Position numbers and translations under genes: made by a program. Below are positions 12,001 through 26,673 of a DNA stretch of 59,222 bases, piece by piece; position 1 is the first letter of the stretch; every line of letters begins with the position of its first letter. This DNA comes from Catajapyx aquilonaris (Eukaryota), in the NCBI GenBank assembly GCA_000934665.2, contig KZ538120.1:62001-121222 (forward strand). Reading direction: 5' to 3'. The notes below the pieces were generated by a model that saw nothing but the letters and a program-made list of their open reading frames with translations, did not search any database and was not told where the DNA came from.

Positions 12001-15000
12001 TTTTCCCTAGATTTGATCTGGACCGGAGCTCTCTACACGCCTTGGAAAATGAGATGCAACGTCTGTTCGCACTCGGATACAGATGGAGCCACATTTACAC
12101 CCAATGTGTGCTCCAGGCCCTTCTCGTCTCATTCAGATACGAGTGAGTAACATAATTTGGCCAATTTAGCACAAATAATGGGGATACGTTTTTGTGTACG
12201 TGCTCAGTTTGTGTGCTGCCATTTTTTTTTAAAAGGTTGTACCCATATTCTCTATCTTTTTTTTTGAGGTCGTAAACGCCACAACGACCCCAACGTACCC
12301 TGGCTCCGTAGTTCTAAGTTGGGGGACTTTATTAACCATAAAAGCATGTTGCAGGTGGGCTATCTTTGGCGAAATGGTCTGCACACCAACAGTGGCTTCG
12401 CAGATCATTATTTTCCCAAACCCGAGAGCCTGAACTGCCCCACTAGGCAAACTTTCTACCCCTCCCCTTAAAATAAAGCCACCCCACTGTAATATTATAT
12501 CCGGATCCGGAAACTGTTCGCCAAAAGAATTCATTACGACACATTGCACCCGCTTCACGCTTAATATACCCAAAAGTCTTGTTCAAACACAATTACTCCT
12601 GTTGACTTTGTGTTACTTTTTTTTGCAATTACGGACGTTTAAATATGCTTTTTTCTCTCTCCCCCTTCCCGAGTTTTAAACTTGGAAATCTCTTGATATT
12701 GTCCGAGTCAATAGTAATAACATTTTCGCTTGGCATTAGAGCCGTTGCGTTGATGTATATGGAGGGGTATAGATGGCATTGCAGGCCATTGGCGCAGTGG
12801 TCCCACAAACTTCATCCGGACGCCGCCTCGTGTTATTGCCCGGAAAGAAGAGGCTCCGGGTATTATTTTTTAGTGCCGGTACTACCGTCGGACAAGTTTT
12901 TTTTTCTGGTGGGTATGCTGAAAGCGAAATTGCTTTTCCTGGAAAGTGGGTCTTACCTTGCTGTTTGCTTCAACTGCGTGGATTTTACCACCAGAGTGAT
13001 GCTTTCTTGGAGCACTTAATTTCTGTAATTGCATTGCCATGAGTGGTGCCTGAAACGTGTGTGTCTGTTCCTTGCAGCATGAGTTACGATGAGGAACTGT
13101 GCAACCAGCTGGTGGACCAAGATCTGGAAGGAGCGTTAAGGGCCATCGAAGGAGATGATCAGGTACTGCGACTTGGCAAACAAATTTTCTGAATATTACG
13201 GATAATTGAAAAGGAAGTAAGGCTTGAAAAGGAAGCGGAAGGGCCACATTTGGCATCTCAAGCTAGGGCTGCACTTATTAGGCGGCAATCTCCGTCTAGC
13301 TAAAGAAGTGTGGACCAGGAAGGTCGATACGTTCTCTCCATTTTGGGCCTCTCCAAACTGAATTTGCCGGACTGGAAGTCGAGGCTTGCCTGCTGCTCCC
13401 CATCCAGTAAAGGGGGGAATGGAAGGGAAAGGGGGAGGGTTCTTTCCTCTGCTGGTGTGGCAGTTGCCAGCCATGAATAATTGAGCAGGCGGCCGATGTA
13501 CCTGCTACAACACTAATGGGAGGAGGAAGACTCTCTCTCTGCTTCTCTCGGGCTTGAATCATTTTCTAGGGAGTCTCTTCAGTCCACCCAAAACGGGTTC
13601 ATGCACCACTTGCACCTTACAAACTTGTGAAATATTTGACATTTTCATATACAGAAAGTGGACCCATTGGACCTGGCTGTCGTGCGGTTCACTCCAAGTG
13701 CCAACGAGCCGCACTCTGAATTTGCTGACGAAGTTTACTTTCCGACCGTTCAAGACCAACAGGACAGTGCAGATGATATCGAGAAGAATGGTAAGTACGA
13801 CTCACCGTTAAGGTGTTATATATTTTTTGCAAATAACTCTTGACGGAAAGTTATAATTATGGCCTGTGCGTGACAGTGTATGGCAACAGGTGAGGTGATA
13901 GAACAAGCCAAAAATTTTCTCGCGTGATGGCCGCCACAGGGGGTCACACCCCACCTGAAAAAAAGCCTTGTGTACCACCTGTTGAAGAATAATCTGTATC
14001 CCGCACTTATTTCAAGTGCAGGGTGTACAATGAGGGGTTGGGGAATCCCCTAGTGGCAGTTAAGAACCTCCCCATTTTCCCTGGGTCCAATCCGGGCGAT
14101 TAGCATCGCCGTAAATCAAGCCTCTCCCAACGGCAGTCGTTAATAGTTAGGAGGGCGCGTTACAAATGGGCTGCAAGTGCAACTAACATACGCCACGCAG
14201 ATTATTTAAGCTCATTTATAGTATGGGAGGGGAGGGGGAATATATCGAGGGTGGCTGCCACGTAATAGAATTTGAGTGAGGGGGGAGAGAAGAGTAGTTA
14301 TTATCTTTTGTTGGAAGCATCTGCGGTTCTTGGATTGGGGGAGAGTTATGCTATTATTATGATGTGGGGGGGGGGGGGGGAANGGAAATGATTAGTTTCT
14401 GTAGGAGGGATATGGGTTCATGACTAGGTGGCCTTGCTGGAGAAGCAACAAATTACAGTGATGAGGCAGCCAAGTGCCACTTATCGGCCAGGAGAGATTG
14501 ACATACAAGCACGCCAAGTTATATGGCCCTCATTTGAATGGTCGATTTTTTTTTGGTTGGAATAACCTTGGGTCCAAACGTGGTCGATGGGAGGTAATTT
14601 ATTTCGGATCACACTATCATTTTGCTGCAGGTAAAAATTTTACTTTTTACCTTTTACCTTTTAATGGTTTATCCTGAGCACGCAGGCAACCCAAGAGCCA
14701 GAGTTGTTCGCCAGTTCACATAAATGTCAGGAGCTAACAGTCGAATTTACCCTCCCCCCAAAAACGACAATACGCGCCCGATTAACTCGCAACATATTCC
14801 CACTGAATATTCATGAATTAAGAAAAACAATATACCCGGCGCATCAATAGCAGCTTAACCAAACACAACTTAATGACTAGATTAAAATTCAACAGGTACT
14901 GCAGTGTAAGCACATCATGCAAGACTAAGAACCTAATTAGGCATGCACCCTTAAATAAACCAACCAAACAAACCGGTCACATCGACACCGAATATTTTTT

Positions 15001-18000
15001 GCCACGTAATCAAGCCCAGGATTAAAAATTTTCCGGTTTTTCCGGGGGACACTCACCAGATCCTTAAATATGCCAGAGTTGGGTCGCGAACTGTGTTTTT
15101 TTTTTTCTTTTTTTCAAAAAAAAAAAATTCTCGGTGTTGCCAGGGGGATCAGAGAGAGGGCATTTACAAGTAGCCCCTGCGAGAATTTTAGAGCAAAACG
15201 GCGCCGGGTAATTCCTACGCCATTGTTATTTCAAGAAGAGAGGCCCCCGGACCGTTGATGAATAATTCGGAGACTGTTGCGAGATGACACGAGGCTTGCA
15301 CCTGCATTGCGACTTCATCTGTGCTGCTGGAATTAAAACGCGAGCTGGGGACACACATACACACTAAAAAAATTTGAATATAATGCTGCTGGTTAGAATA
15401 GGCTGGGGCTTTTCATCACCTAATTTTAAGCTTGTTTCGGACAAGCACAAAAAAACTAGGCTGGGGGGGGGGGTTGTTAACCTCGATTAGATGGGTCGTG
15501 TAATTTTTATGAGGGTTGGGAGTGCGGATTATGTTGTTAATCATGTCACTTTTGCAGCGGTACATGTCGCGTGCTGTCTGATCTGACGTAATAACTTTCC
15601 GTTTAGTGCCAGGATTTTTTTGGGGGGCAATTGCGGAACGTTTGTGCCTTGATCGTTACAAATGCGGCTCTGGGATTATTTCGCATATTTTTTGCAATAT
15701 TTTCCTTCCTTTTTTCAGGTCCTGGCGAAATCAACTACTACCCTTCATCATATGACGACGACGACGGCGAGGACATGGCTTTTGGACGGAACAAGAAGAT
15801 TGACCGGTCATTGTCGGAGAGCGTACACTTTTCAAAGGACTACAACACTCCGGATGGGTTTCGGAAGGGAGTTGAGGTGAAATGGAGGAAAAGGTCTAAT
15901 GATTTTCCGAGTGACGCTGATGAGGTACGGATGGGGAATTGATGCTAATATGTACTGGCAGTAATAAAGCGTTGGCTTATAATTGTGTGCGACAGTGTTG
16001 GTAGCGTGATTATTATTTGCGGATTCAATAGAGAACCACTGACCCATATTAAATTAGCGCATATTACAATCTAGTTTAATGGGAGTCAGAAGTAGTGCCG
16101 ACAAATAATAATTATTTGTACTGATGAAATTGTGTGCATCCGTAAACCCGTTCGACAAATATTTGTTTAGCAGACAAATATTAGTTTGACATTAATTTGA
16201 ATGGCTATTTTTTTCTAAATTGAGTTACATGTTGTTTAAATCCGACTGCCGATATTGAAATTCACCCCAGCGCATGTGCCCTCCCAAAAATATGCGATAA
16301 ACTGAATTGGACAATCCATCCCCCACAGGAGATGCTGAGCCCAGAAGAGCTGATGGAGCTGGCCAATTTTGTGTACGGAATTGAAGGCGGCTACGGTCGA
16401 GAGAGAGTGATGCTGCCGGAAGAGGAAGACGACTTGGCCGAGATGGAAGAGTCCGAGCGAAGTGGTCCTGAAGAGCTGGAGGAAGCAGCAGATGACGCAG
16501 TCTTTCTGGACGGCCCTCTTGGACTGAACGAGGGAGAAGATGAGACCGGAGGAGGAGAAGAGGAAGAAGAAACGAGTAGCAAGCCCATGTACACCGAAGG
16601 AGGACTGATTATTTTGCCAGACGACCAGAGGCAACAACAGCAACAACAACAGGAGAACGAGGAGTACGCTCAGCTTCTGGCCACACTAGCTAAGGACCAA
16701 TGGGGCTTCAAGAGGAGGGAAAGGCTCGATGTTAAGAAGCCAGGACCTTTCTTTCAGGTGAGATAAAAAAAGGACTCTTGCAAGGGCCTGCAATGCGGAC
16801 AGAATAGGTTTTTGCGGAGCTGAACTAACATCTCATGTCTGTTGCTTGGTGTGCAAGATAATATTTGGGCTGGTTTTCGTTGGTGCAGGGTATTACGTTC
16901 AATATTATTTTGGCAGCCATAGCCCTAACACACAAATCCGGATTAAATTAAATAGTTGTCGTATAAAAATAAGGCTGATCACTTCCTTTCCAGATATCAT
17001 TTCATATATTGTGCAAAATGTAATTGAACCTTTTCTGACTTGACACTCGATTGGCTGTGCCTTTCTCTCGCCCCAAATTTTACCTCCATTGCCTGATTTT
17101 TTGCGACAGAATATAGAAAAAAGTCTAAACCTATGTGTTAAATATGAATTTATGGTGATGCGAAGCATTTGCTGTTAAAATACTGTTGGACATGAAATCA
17201 TGTCTGTGCAAAATTAAAATCATGCAATGACATTCTAAGCTGCATCGATCAGATGCTTCTAATTTGGTCGATTTTATTCCATTCTATCAATAATTTCACT
17301 GCTATTCTGCTATGTAAGGAAGTTAGATTGATAAAAGCCTAAAGCCTTAGGTTTGAACCATTTTATGCAGAAAACTGAATGTAATTGAGGAAGAATTGAG
17401 AAGCAGAACACTTCTCAAATTGCTAGACAGCATTTTAAGCACACCGCACCACGAAATTACTTGACACACTTGCACTTAATGCGATGGAAAGATCCATAGT
17501 GGATCGATTGCCATGTCCCCCCCCCTCACTTATGCAGAGTATAGTAATGACCAGCTCCTGTCATTTAAAAAATTATTATTGTTTATAAAGCAAATACACG
17601 AGCTGGAATGAGGGTCAGTTGTAAGATAACAAAAAGAGGTTGTGTCAACTCGAATTACAGAAAAAAATATGTCATTATAGTCACATTATGCAGGCCTATC
17701 ACGAACGTACGTAATTTGAAATTTTGCATAATCTACGAGTAGTTTCATGTAACCCGCCTATTCGAGATTTTCTCCGAAGTTATGTTCATGCAACCGGTAC
17801 CTAGAAGCGACACGCCCTGTCAGGCCACGCAGATTATCCCATTAACAAGCATGACTCGTAACGACCGCAATACCCTCTAATTGACCAGACATCGGACAAC
17901 GACGGCAGCGGTCTCAAGTCCTACCTCCGAACCCTGACCGAGGAGGACAACGAGATAAGCAACGCTCACGGCCCATCAGACGAGTACGAGCCCATAGCCG

Positions 18001-21000
18001 AAGACATGACCCATGACGGTAAGTACACTTGATGATAAGATTTACGGGCCCTCCCTTTAATAAAAGCCAACGCCCTCTCTGTACAAACCACGCGCAGTAC
18101 TAGCAAAATCCGGGCTCCAACTCCGGATCGAGCTGCCGTCTAGCGAGCCTGAGCTGCACTCGGTGTGTGTGTGTGTATCCGGGGGAATGATTTATGGTCT
18201 TGGGAGAACCATCCTGAAAGCGGAAATATTGTCCCTCCAGCTAACCAAGCACGTGGCTGGAGAATCGCATTTAACAACTTGCCTCAAACGATTTATCACC
18301 CCACTTAATGTCTTCTTTATATCTAAAAGGCCGTGCTCTCTGAAACGAGTTTTTAATCGCGTTTTCTGGAATTCGTCACAGATCCATCATTGCGTGGAGC
18401 AAAGGTAACTAAGGCAATATGATGGATTTTTTTTTTTAAATTTAAAAAAAAAAGGCGAATCCAATCAGAGTCGCATAGTGTTGATAGCATTTGCACCTTG
18501 GGCGATTATGTGTCACATTGGATGATTGCCATCTGCAGCATATGCTCACCAATTAACTCGAGTAAGGCCTTTTGATTGGGAAGCAGGAGAGCATAGTCGC
18601 GGCAGAGCAAACACAAGCGGGTGTAATATAATCAGGATCATATCGATCTATTCCTCTCTATTCCTCCCCCCGGCTTGCTCTCCCCCACCTCCCCCATACT
18701 CTCAGTCCTCCTCCTCATATCGTTTCATGGAATATTAAACAATGAATTTGTAGTCGACCGAGTGGAAAGCACGCGGAAACTTGTTTAGCAGTCGGCAGAG
18801 TGGAGAAAAAGGACCGATTTTTTTTTTTTTGAGGGTGTATATACATGTAATGGGAAATATATTGAAATTTCCATTAGCACCTGAACTATACTATTTCTGG
18901 CTGACTGGACGCTTGTACTGTATGTACAGCAGTTGGAGGTTCTCCTTGTTTCTAGAATAATAGTTAAAAAAAGAAGGAACTTTAGTTTTTGGAAATTTTC
19001 GTGATTTTGCAAGTTAGTCTGCCTCTAGGGGCCGAATGTGCCGAGTGCGTAGTTGGCCGGGTATTTTTTTGGAACATGGTAATTTGGAGGTTGGAGCTAA
19101 AAATAATAATTTAAGCAATGTTTTCGTACCACCCCAGTACACACAAGAAAAACAAGGTTGATATGTTAGTGAAACAAAACATAGTAGTTTTCCTTGGCAA
19201 TTATTCGACCCGCATCGAATTTGCATGAAATTTCCATTGCACATGACCCCCTTCTATACGTACATTTTCCATGCGAAGGAAACACCTGTCGGCATTGCAC
19301 ACATTGGAAGGTAAGCGGCCCGTTACAAAGTTCAAGAGACAATTGCATCCCTCAGGCCACATTTTATATTTTTGAATCCCCAGCAAAAGTTTCAAGGATG
19401 AGAATTGAACTCTAGCCAAAATTATGCTTACATTATTTTTAGCCGTAATTTGAGAGTGGATGTGAAAACACTAAGCACTAAGCAGTGACCACACAAGGTT
19501 TCTATGCAATTTATTATTCCACCGGGTAAATATCCGGCACAGAGAGAGATGTAGTGAGTACACAGCAGGGGGCTTTTAGAGTATGTTGGGTGGGGGTGTA
19601 GGATTAGAACTGGCCCACCCCCCACCCTCTGCCTGGGGGAAAAAGATGAGTCCCAACTGGGGAGCTTTTAAAACTGTTTCTTTGCTCATTCGCCCCAATG
19701 TTAACTTGTAGAAAATTTCTAATTAATCCGGGGGCCGACCTGAGCTTCCGCTGGAGACCATATCCGGATCCCAGCAGTATGATATGCCTCTCCTGGTCAG
19801 TCGCGGTCAGAAGAATTTGACCATCCCCTTCACAGTGTCCACACCTCCCAGGAAAAAAGGGGGAGATAAAAGAGCTCACATTTTTAAAGCTTCAGGCGCT
19901 TTAAAAAAGTCGGGAGCGACTTTATAGGGAGTGTACAGGGTGTCAGAATTTATGTTTAGTTTACAAAATTCGTATTTTTTAAAAGAATTTTCAAGGCACA
20001 TTTTTCACATTCATTTAAGCAGGCCTTCTAGACACCCTGTACCCCATAGTTTTTTTGTCCTTTCTTTTTTTATATATACACGACGAGTAGAGCGGTGTAT
20101 CTGAAGAGAGGTCCCACAAAGGAGTGGAGGGCGGATGCGGACCAAGCCGAGGATCCTGTATCGGTGTGAATGCAGGCCTGCTGCCGGTTGCCCGGGTTAC
20201 CTGGAGGACCAGGTGCTTAGGCCGCATGCATACTGTACATGGGGATGGGGGGGGGGGGGGTACTGGGAGGGAGGGAGGGAGGGGGACTCCAGCAGCATAG
20301 GTCGATACCGCTGCTGCTGCTGCTGCACATTATTATGTAGCCTACTGCCTCGACCCCCCCCCCCCACCCTCTCCACCATGTCTGCAGTCTCCATTGTGCA
20401 GCAGGCACAACCCACCCAGAACCCACCCCATCCAAAACCGTACTATACACGCACTAGTTGTAGTGGGGGAGGATTAACATTAATGTGCTGGACGGATGGA
20501 GGATTGCACGAGTAGTTTGCTTAGTGCATTGACCAGAAATCGGGGGTGTATTCAGGGACCAGGTTTCGACCTCTTGAACTAACTCTGAACAAACGTAGGC
20601 AGGGGGATTTGACATGTCGCAGAACACTGTACGGATCTTCTTAAAAATTCAGCACATTGTTGGCTATCTACAATAGTAGGTCATTATCATGCTATCTCAG
20701 GTTGTCGCCAATGTTAAAATGGTAAATTCCTATTAACAATATATGGAACATTTTCACCTCTGATGAACCGCCCATTGGGCAAGGTCAACTGGGCCGTGAA
20801 AATACTCTCTAAATTTATGAAATTCCTGTTTTCTGAAGGATTCGTAACCTGGTTTGGATAATGTCATACACTAATTGATTGACTTACGCATAATTGTGTG
20901 GATACAATGAGTATTCCTTGCATTATGGTGTATGGCATGGGACGTAATTAAGCGCGGGTCTCGTCATAATTATTTCACGGACAAAAGGACATTGTGGAAC

Positions 21001-24000
21001 TTTGCAACATGCAGCATGACAAGTAGACTCAAAAGAGAGGGAGGAAATATTGGGAACTGCAAAACTGCATGCCGATATTTGCGACCGAAAAGTATATTGC
21101 CATATACTGTGAACCTGCATCTGGAAGAGGGAATAATTGTGTGCCATATTGCATCGGACTCTAGCCTGGAGCCAAGTTTCATCTGTCAAAAACATGGTTG
21201 GCCAGCTATGATTTTCTGCAGCAAGAAAGATGCGCAGATAGCCCGGTATAGGTGGAAAAAAAACCCTGCGTAGATAATTAAATCGCAAGCACATTTTGGG
21301 GCAAGGCCAAATGCGATGCTTGCAAAAGACCCGAAATAATGTAACTCTAGCCTGAAACATTTAACGCTCAAAAATTGAGCCCTTTTCACCGGACCGCGTC
21401 ACTCTTTGAAAAGAGCTACTCTTAAATATTTAATAAACAGGGACCAGGATATTAAAACTGCAGAGCCGCATGTGTTGATCCGCACTCCAAATACTGTACT
21501 TTTGCGAATGGAAGTTGATTGCATGACGCGTAGCTGCTGGGAGGCACCTGTGGAGCTAACAGTACAGTACGTGTGTATACATATACATGCATATACACAC
21601 AGCAGCAGCATCCAAGCCTTGTCCTGGCCGCATTATTACCATGTCGAATATTACCGGGAATGAAGTGCTTTGTGGCCTGGCCGATCATAAATCGTAGGAC
21701 CCGTCCAATTTGATGGAGCTTCCCTCGCCATTTGTGATGCCTTTCAACCCATAACGTATTTTCGAATTCAAACAAGTCTGATGCACTGGGTGGCTTTCCT
21801 CTCACTTTGGTGCTGGGCATCATTAGAGTTGCTCTTACCTAGGGGCGGTGTTGCGGAATGGGCGTTGTCTGGAACCTCGAATTAACAGGGGAAAAATAAA
21901 TAGGTTGCAACAGGGATATGATTTAAACCGGCGGATATTTGCAGTTGACTCGGCCGTTAATGTAAATAGTGTGCTAGACACATTCGGTATGTATAGACAA
22001 TATTATAACTTTGGGAAGAATAATGAAATTTTATTAAATTAATTAGTTTGCACTATGCTAACCCATGTTGACATAGTGATTTTTCATCATCTGTGACTGC
22101 ACCCCACACTACTATTTTTCAGCGAATACTGGGCAGGCATGTGCAAATAGTATATTTTAATAACAAGAAACAGCTCTTTCCCGATACTATAATAATGTTG
22201 CACTGTGCAGTATGTTGATAATGGAAATAATCATATTGAGTGCGATCATACGATCTTTACAGTATATAGGTACATCCTTACAAAAGCAAAGCAAATTCTG
22301 TGTGAAACTGCAGTTTGTCGATGATGACTAAAACAAATGCGTTTTGTGAGCGTTGGGTTCATCGATTTACACGGCTCCTTTCCTTTGGGATGGGTCTTAC
22401 AGTATACACCCCACTGAAGAACCAACCCATTGCTTTTCAAGTGGCCTTTCCAGACCAGGACAAGAACACTCATATCTATAACATAGATTCAAAGAAATTG
22501 CCTCATTTTTTTTTTTTTTTTTTGCAATCCCTTATATTTTTAGCGGCCAATATCAGATAACTCCAGGTATTGGAAACTGGTCGCATGCCCCTGACTGACA
22601 AACCTCAGGACTTGCGAATTGTCTAATAGTGTTCTCCTGTGACTGGAATCAATAACGGTTCCGAAATCACGAACGGGCGAGGACGTATCGATGGACAATC
22701 GATGTGTTCTGGCCCAGTTTTTCGCTTGGTCGGCCCGATTGGTCAGGCCGAATTCAGGGGGACCCGGATTCCTTTTTTCCTGTTTACTCAGTCCGATAGC
22801 CGCGAGGGAGACTCGTCTATATATACGTACTATAAAAAAGAGACAGAAGCTGTATGTGCTCCTTTTTTCCGCAGTCTCTTTTTACCTCTCTTCTATGTGT
22901 GTGAAAAGAAGGTAAAGGTATAGTGAAAAGAAGGAAGTGCGGAAACAAAAGGAAACCAAGGCCCTAGCTCTTCTCTTTTCCTTTGAAACCCAAGTCCGGG
23001 CCGAAATGGGTTGTTTTGAACAGAGGTCTTGCCAATTGGCAGTCGCATCCGGATTGCCCGTAAGGACACCTCGACAGACTCGAGTTACAAGCTGCCAGCA
23101 TGTTGCTTCTGTTTCCCAAGAGAAGCCCTAGCATTTTCTGTTGCCTAGGCGATCCTCACCATGTTAATCTCGGATTGTGCTCCGTCTATCGCGGCCCTTC
23201 CAGCCCTGTTGCCTTTGTCTTCAGATATAAACTGCGACACTACCAGACAGCCTGCAGAGAGAGGCGGGGTACGTTTGCGGAATAATATATATAATTATAT
23301 GTACAGTACATGTGAGATGTAAATTGCATGAATTGCCGCCGGTGCGTAACCTGTTATTTTACGTCAAGTTTATACGGCTGGCGCTTGATTATCATTGTAG
23401 CAGATACACAAACCAACGGATGACTCGCACTGTTAATGCTACAAGAGGAACCATGTACCATGTGCACATCTCACTAATATCCGGCCTTGTGTATACTTTA
23501 TTTTGTTCCACGCCAACATTTTCGCTAAATCAACTTTGCTGGTCAAATAATTACTGCGTGGAAAAATTGATGCGGATAGAAATACAACACTGATGGGGGG
23601 GGACGCATGGTAAGACTTGTGCACACAAACAATGTTACGTGTCATTTGGTGTGTTTTTACACCGTGCATGTAGGCCAATGTTTCATTTTGTTTTATAACA
23701 ACAGCTCTAGGGCAATATTGGCAGTATTGTCCAGCATCCATTTTCGCTCATTTATTGTGTATCTGATATTGCACGAATAGTTAGCTGTATAACAAGAAGT
23801 GATAAAATATTAATAAATCCCAAAAAACCACAACACGACAAAATTATGCAACGTTGCGCTATTATAACTTGCTGGTGTTGATTACACTTGGTGCACCTCA
23901 ATTTCAAGAATGACCAGTATAATCATCATTGCAAATTCCATTGTAATTTATTGACAACTCAAACGGACAACATAATAAAGTGGCGCATAATATTATTACA

Positions 24001-26613
24001 GTGGTTGAAATAAGTCATGCAGCTAGTTTAATATTGCAGCACGAAATGGTACTGTACATGATTAAACCCGGAATTACTCCACGCAAAATTGCAGATTCAT
24101 GCACTGTAAGTTTACTCGAAATAATACGCAACCTGCTAATTCTCTCCCCCCCCCCCATCCCCCATGTAATAATAATAATAATAATATATTTCATTGAAAT
24201 GGAGGCCTGCAGTCAACTCCCAGGATTCACTCCTCTCTGCATTTACATTACAACGCATTCCAAGAGAAGCACCTTGACACCACTGAGTAATTATTCCCCT
24301 CAAGCTGCACTACCCGTACATTATAATCCATGCACTTACACGCAGCCACAATGCTTCCTAGTCCTCGCTGAGTACATGCACAGTGATTATTAGAGAGAAA
24401 ACGTAATCCTATAGTGGCATTTTGGAGCGAGGCAGGCTGGAAGGAGGATCTGTGAAAATAAAGCTCTATGTGCGCAATGTGTGATTCTCTTTGTCGTCCC
24501 TGGCAAAAGCCGAGGATAGCACTTTTTTTTTTTGTTGTTGAAAAAGGCTTGCGTTTTGGGTAACCTGAAGCGCAGACACGCCCACATTTTCATTCCCCCC
24601 TATCTCCCCCCCTTATTTTTTTTTAATATAGTGTGCGTGTGACGCACATCCAAAAAGCCTTGCAGTGGTGTATATATCCCAGGTGCAGATTTGCACCTAG
24701 GTTAATGTACAATAAAAATGGGGGGAGAGGCATAATATCGGGGAAACTGTTTTTCCACTCGATGATTCAGTCGTCGGCCAAGTGCGCAAAAATGAGTCGG
24801 ATTGTTTTGAACCCCGGACTTTTTTATGCAAATTAACGAGTTGATTAGGCCTGTTAATTGATTTTGTCGCGCCAGGTGTAAGCCTATACCACGAAACGGT
24901 TGGGTAAACCATCGAGCTGAAAACTTGGAATTTAAAAAAAAAATGTATTGTATTAATAAATAATAAGAGCGCGTATGACAGATTGGAAAACAGCAGGCGT
25001 CGCTTGGTAGTTCACCTGAACTGGGGCACTTCCTTTGAAGCCCTGCCGGAAGAAAACCCAGCCGATTTGACGGTTAATTACAGACAGGGAGGCAGTGTAC
25101 TGCAGGCAGGCAAGGCAGTCCAAGGCTCATTTAAGCAGACATCAAGTCGGTCTTGACGGGGCTTCGCTTTTGCATGAATGGATTCGGACCACTTTGAACC
25201 CTGGTCCCCAAAAGGGAAGCTGCTCCTTTGACTGACGGACGTCCACGACTCGATCCCAAGCTGCTTTTACCTTTTGCTAGCCGCACCAAAAGGGACCCGA
25301 CCCACATCCATCCAAAATGGGGGGTGCACAGGAGGGACTGGAAGAGACGAGAGAAAAATAGACACAACTCTCCTTTTATATGGGGAGGATATCACGGATA
25401 GCCCTATCGCAGACTGTATTTTGAAAGGTGCTCTCAATAACACTAGTGAGATTGTCCGCTTAATAAAAAAATGTAATAACTTGTTAATAACGCGAGCGAG
25501 GATGGTTTCTCTAACTGCATGCATCAAATTGGAGGGTTTTTCTTATAGTATTAATATAATTAGCCTGGTATGAAGCTTCTACGAAATAGGTCGGAACAGG
25601 AATATGACAGAATATTGTCATGACGACAGAATAATCCGGTATTGTTCACAGCCAGGGGCGACCGCTGTTCCTGGAATTATTGACAATGAGTTTCTAACTG
25701 GAGAGTGACTTTGCTGGAAAAGCTGCTTATTGCAAAGAGTTAATGAAAGGCGTTTTTTTTCTCCATCCCACGCTCTTCTCTTTTTAAAAGTTCTGTATCT
25801 AGGCGGATGCTGTTGCCTTATTGTAAGGCGGCTAACAAAACAGGAGTGGGGGAATGGGAGGGGGGGGGGGGTCTAAGACGAGAGCGGAAGAATTAGGCCC
25901 TGAGCTGTGCGGAAATTATTTCTGGCAGTCGGCAAGAAAAGCAAAAATGTGGCTGCCATGCAACAGCCTCCAGGCTACTCTTCATTTTCCGGAGAGAAAA
26001 TTGATGCTGCCAACTATAAAGGGAGGATTTTCAGTTTTAAAGAAAAAAAATGTTGGAGGAGAAAGGGCGTTTGCGTATGGATTCTAGCAGAATACATTTA
26101 AAAAAAAAAATGTAGTAGGATTTTTATATGTCGCCCAGTTCCATAGAAACGGTGAGGATGGCTGGCAAACGAGGTGGGGTTTTCCTTCATCTGAAAACTG
26201 ACTCCGCCCCTTAACCGCCTCGACCATCTCCTGGCCTGCTGGCGACATCCTGTTGACAGGAAGTGGGGAATTATTTCCGCCAAACTTCAAAGTTGCTGGC
26301 TTTTAAAAGCGCGCGCCCGGAGTCCACCTCCATTCCCCCCCCCCNCCCACCCCCCTTCAACCACCCTCACATTTTAGCCCCCACCAACATCCCTTCCAAC
26401 CCCCACCTCTACACCTAACTTCCATCCAGTTTTGGTTATGACTGCAAGTTGGGCAAGTTTTCAGTGCAGGAAAATCGGTGGTCGCGCGGGTTCTAATTGG
26501 GATCTCACGACTACATGGCTTTTTCGTTGCTCAGACTCTCTCGTGCCAGAGGATTTGGCCAAGGGATAAACTAACCATACCCTTACAGGAGGAGGTACAA
26601 AAAGATGCTGCAA

Positions 26614-26673
<60 letters not shown>

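Noticed and set aside
13928..14060. Partial CTCF-like words (GCCACAGGGGGTC; CCACTAGGGG on the minus strand)
   Set aside because: Neither matches the full core consensus
14615..14636. CAG|GTAA juxtapositions (also near 31317) as recursive splice sites
   Set aside because: They lie in short introns with mediocre pyrimidine tracts and are frequent by chance
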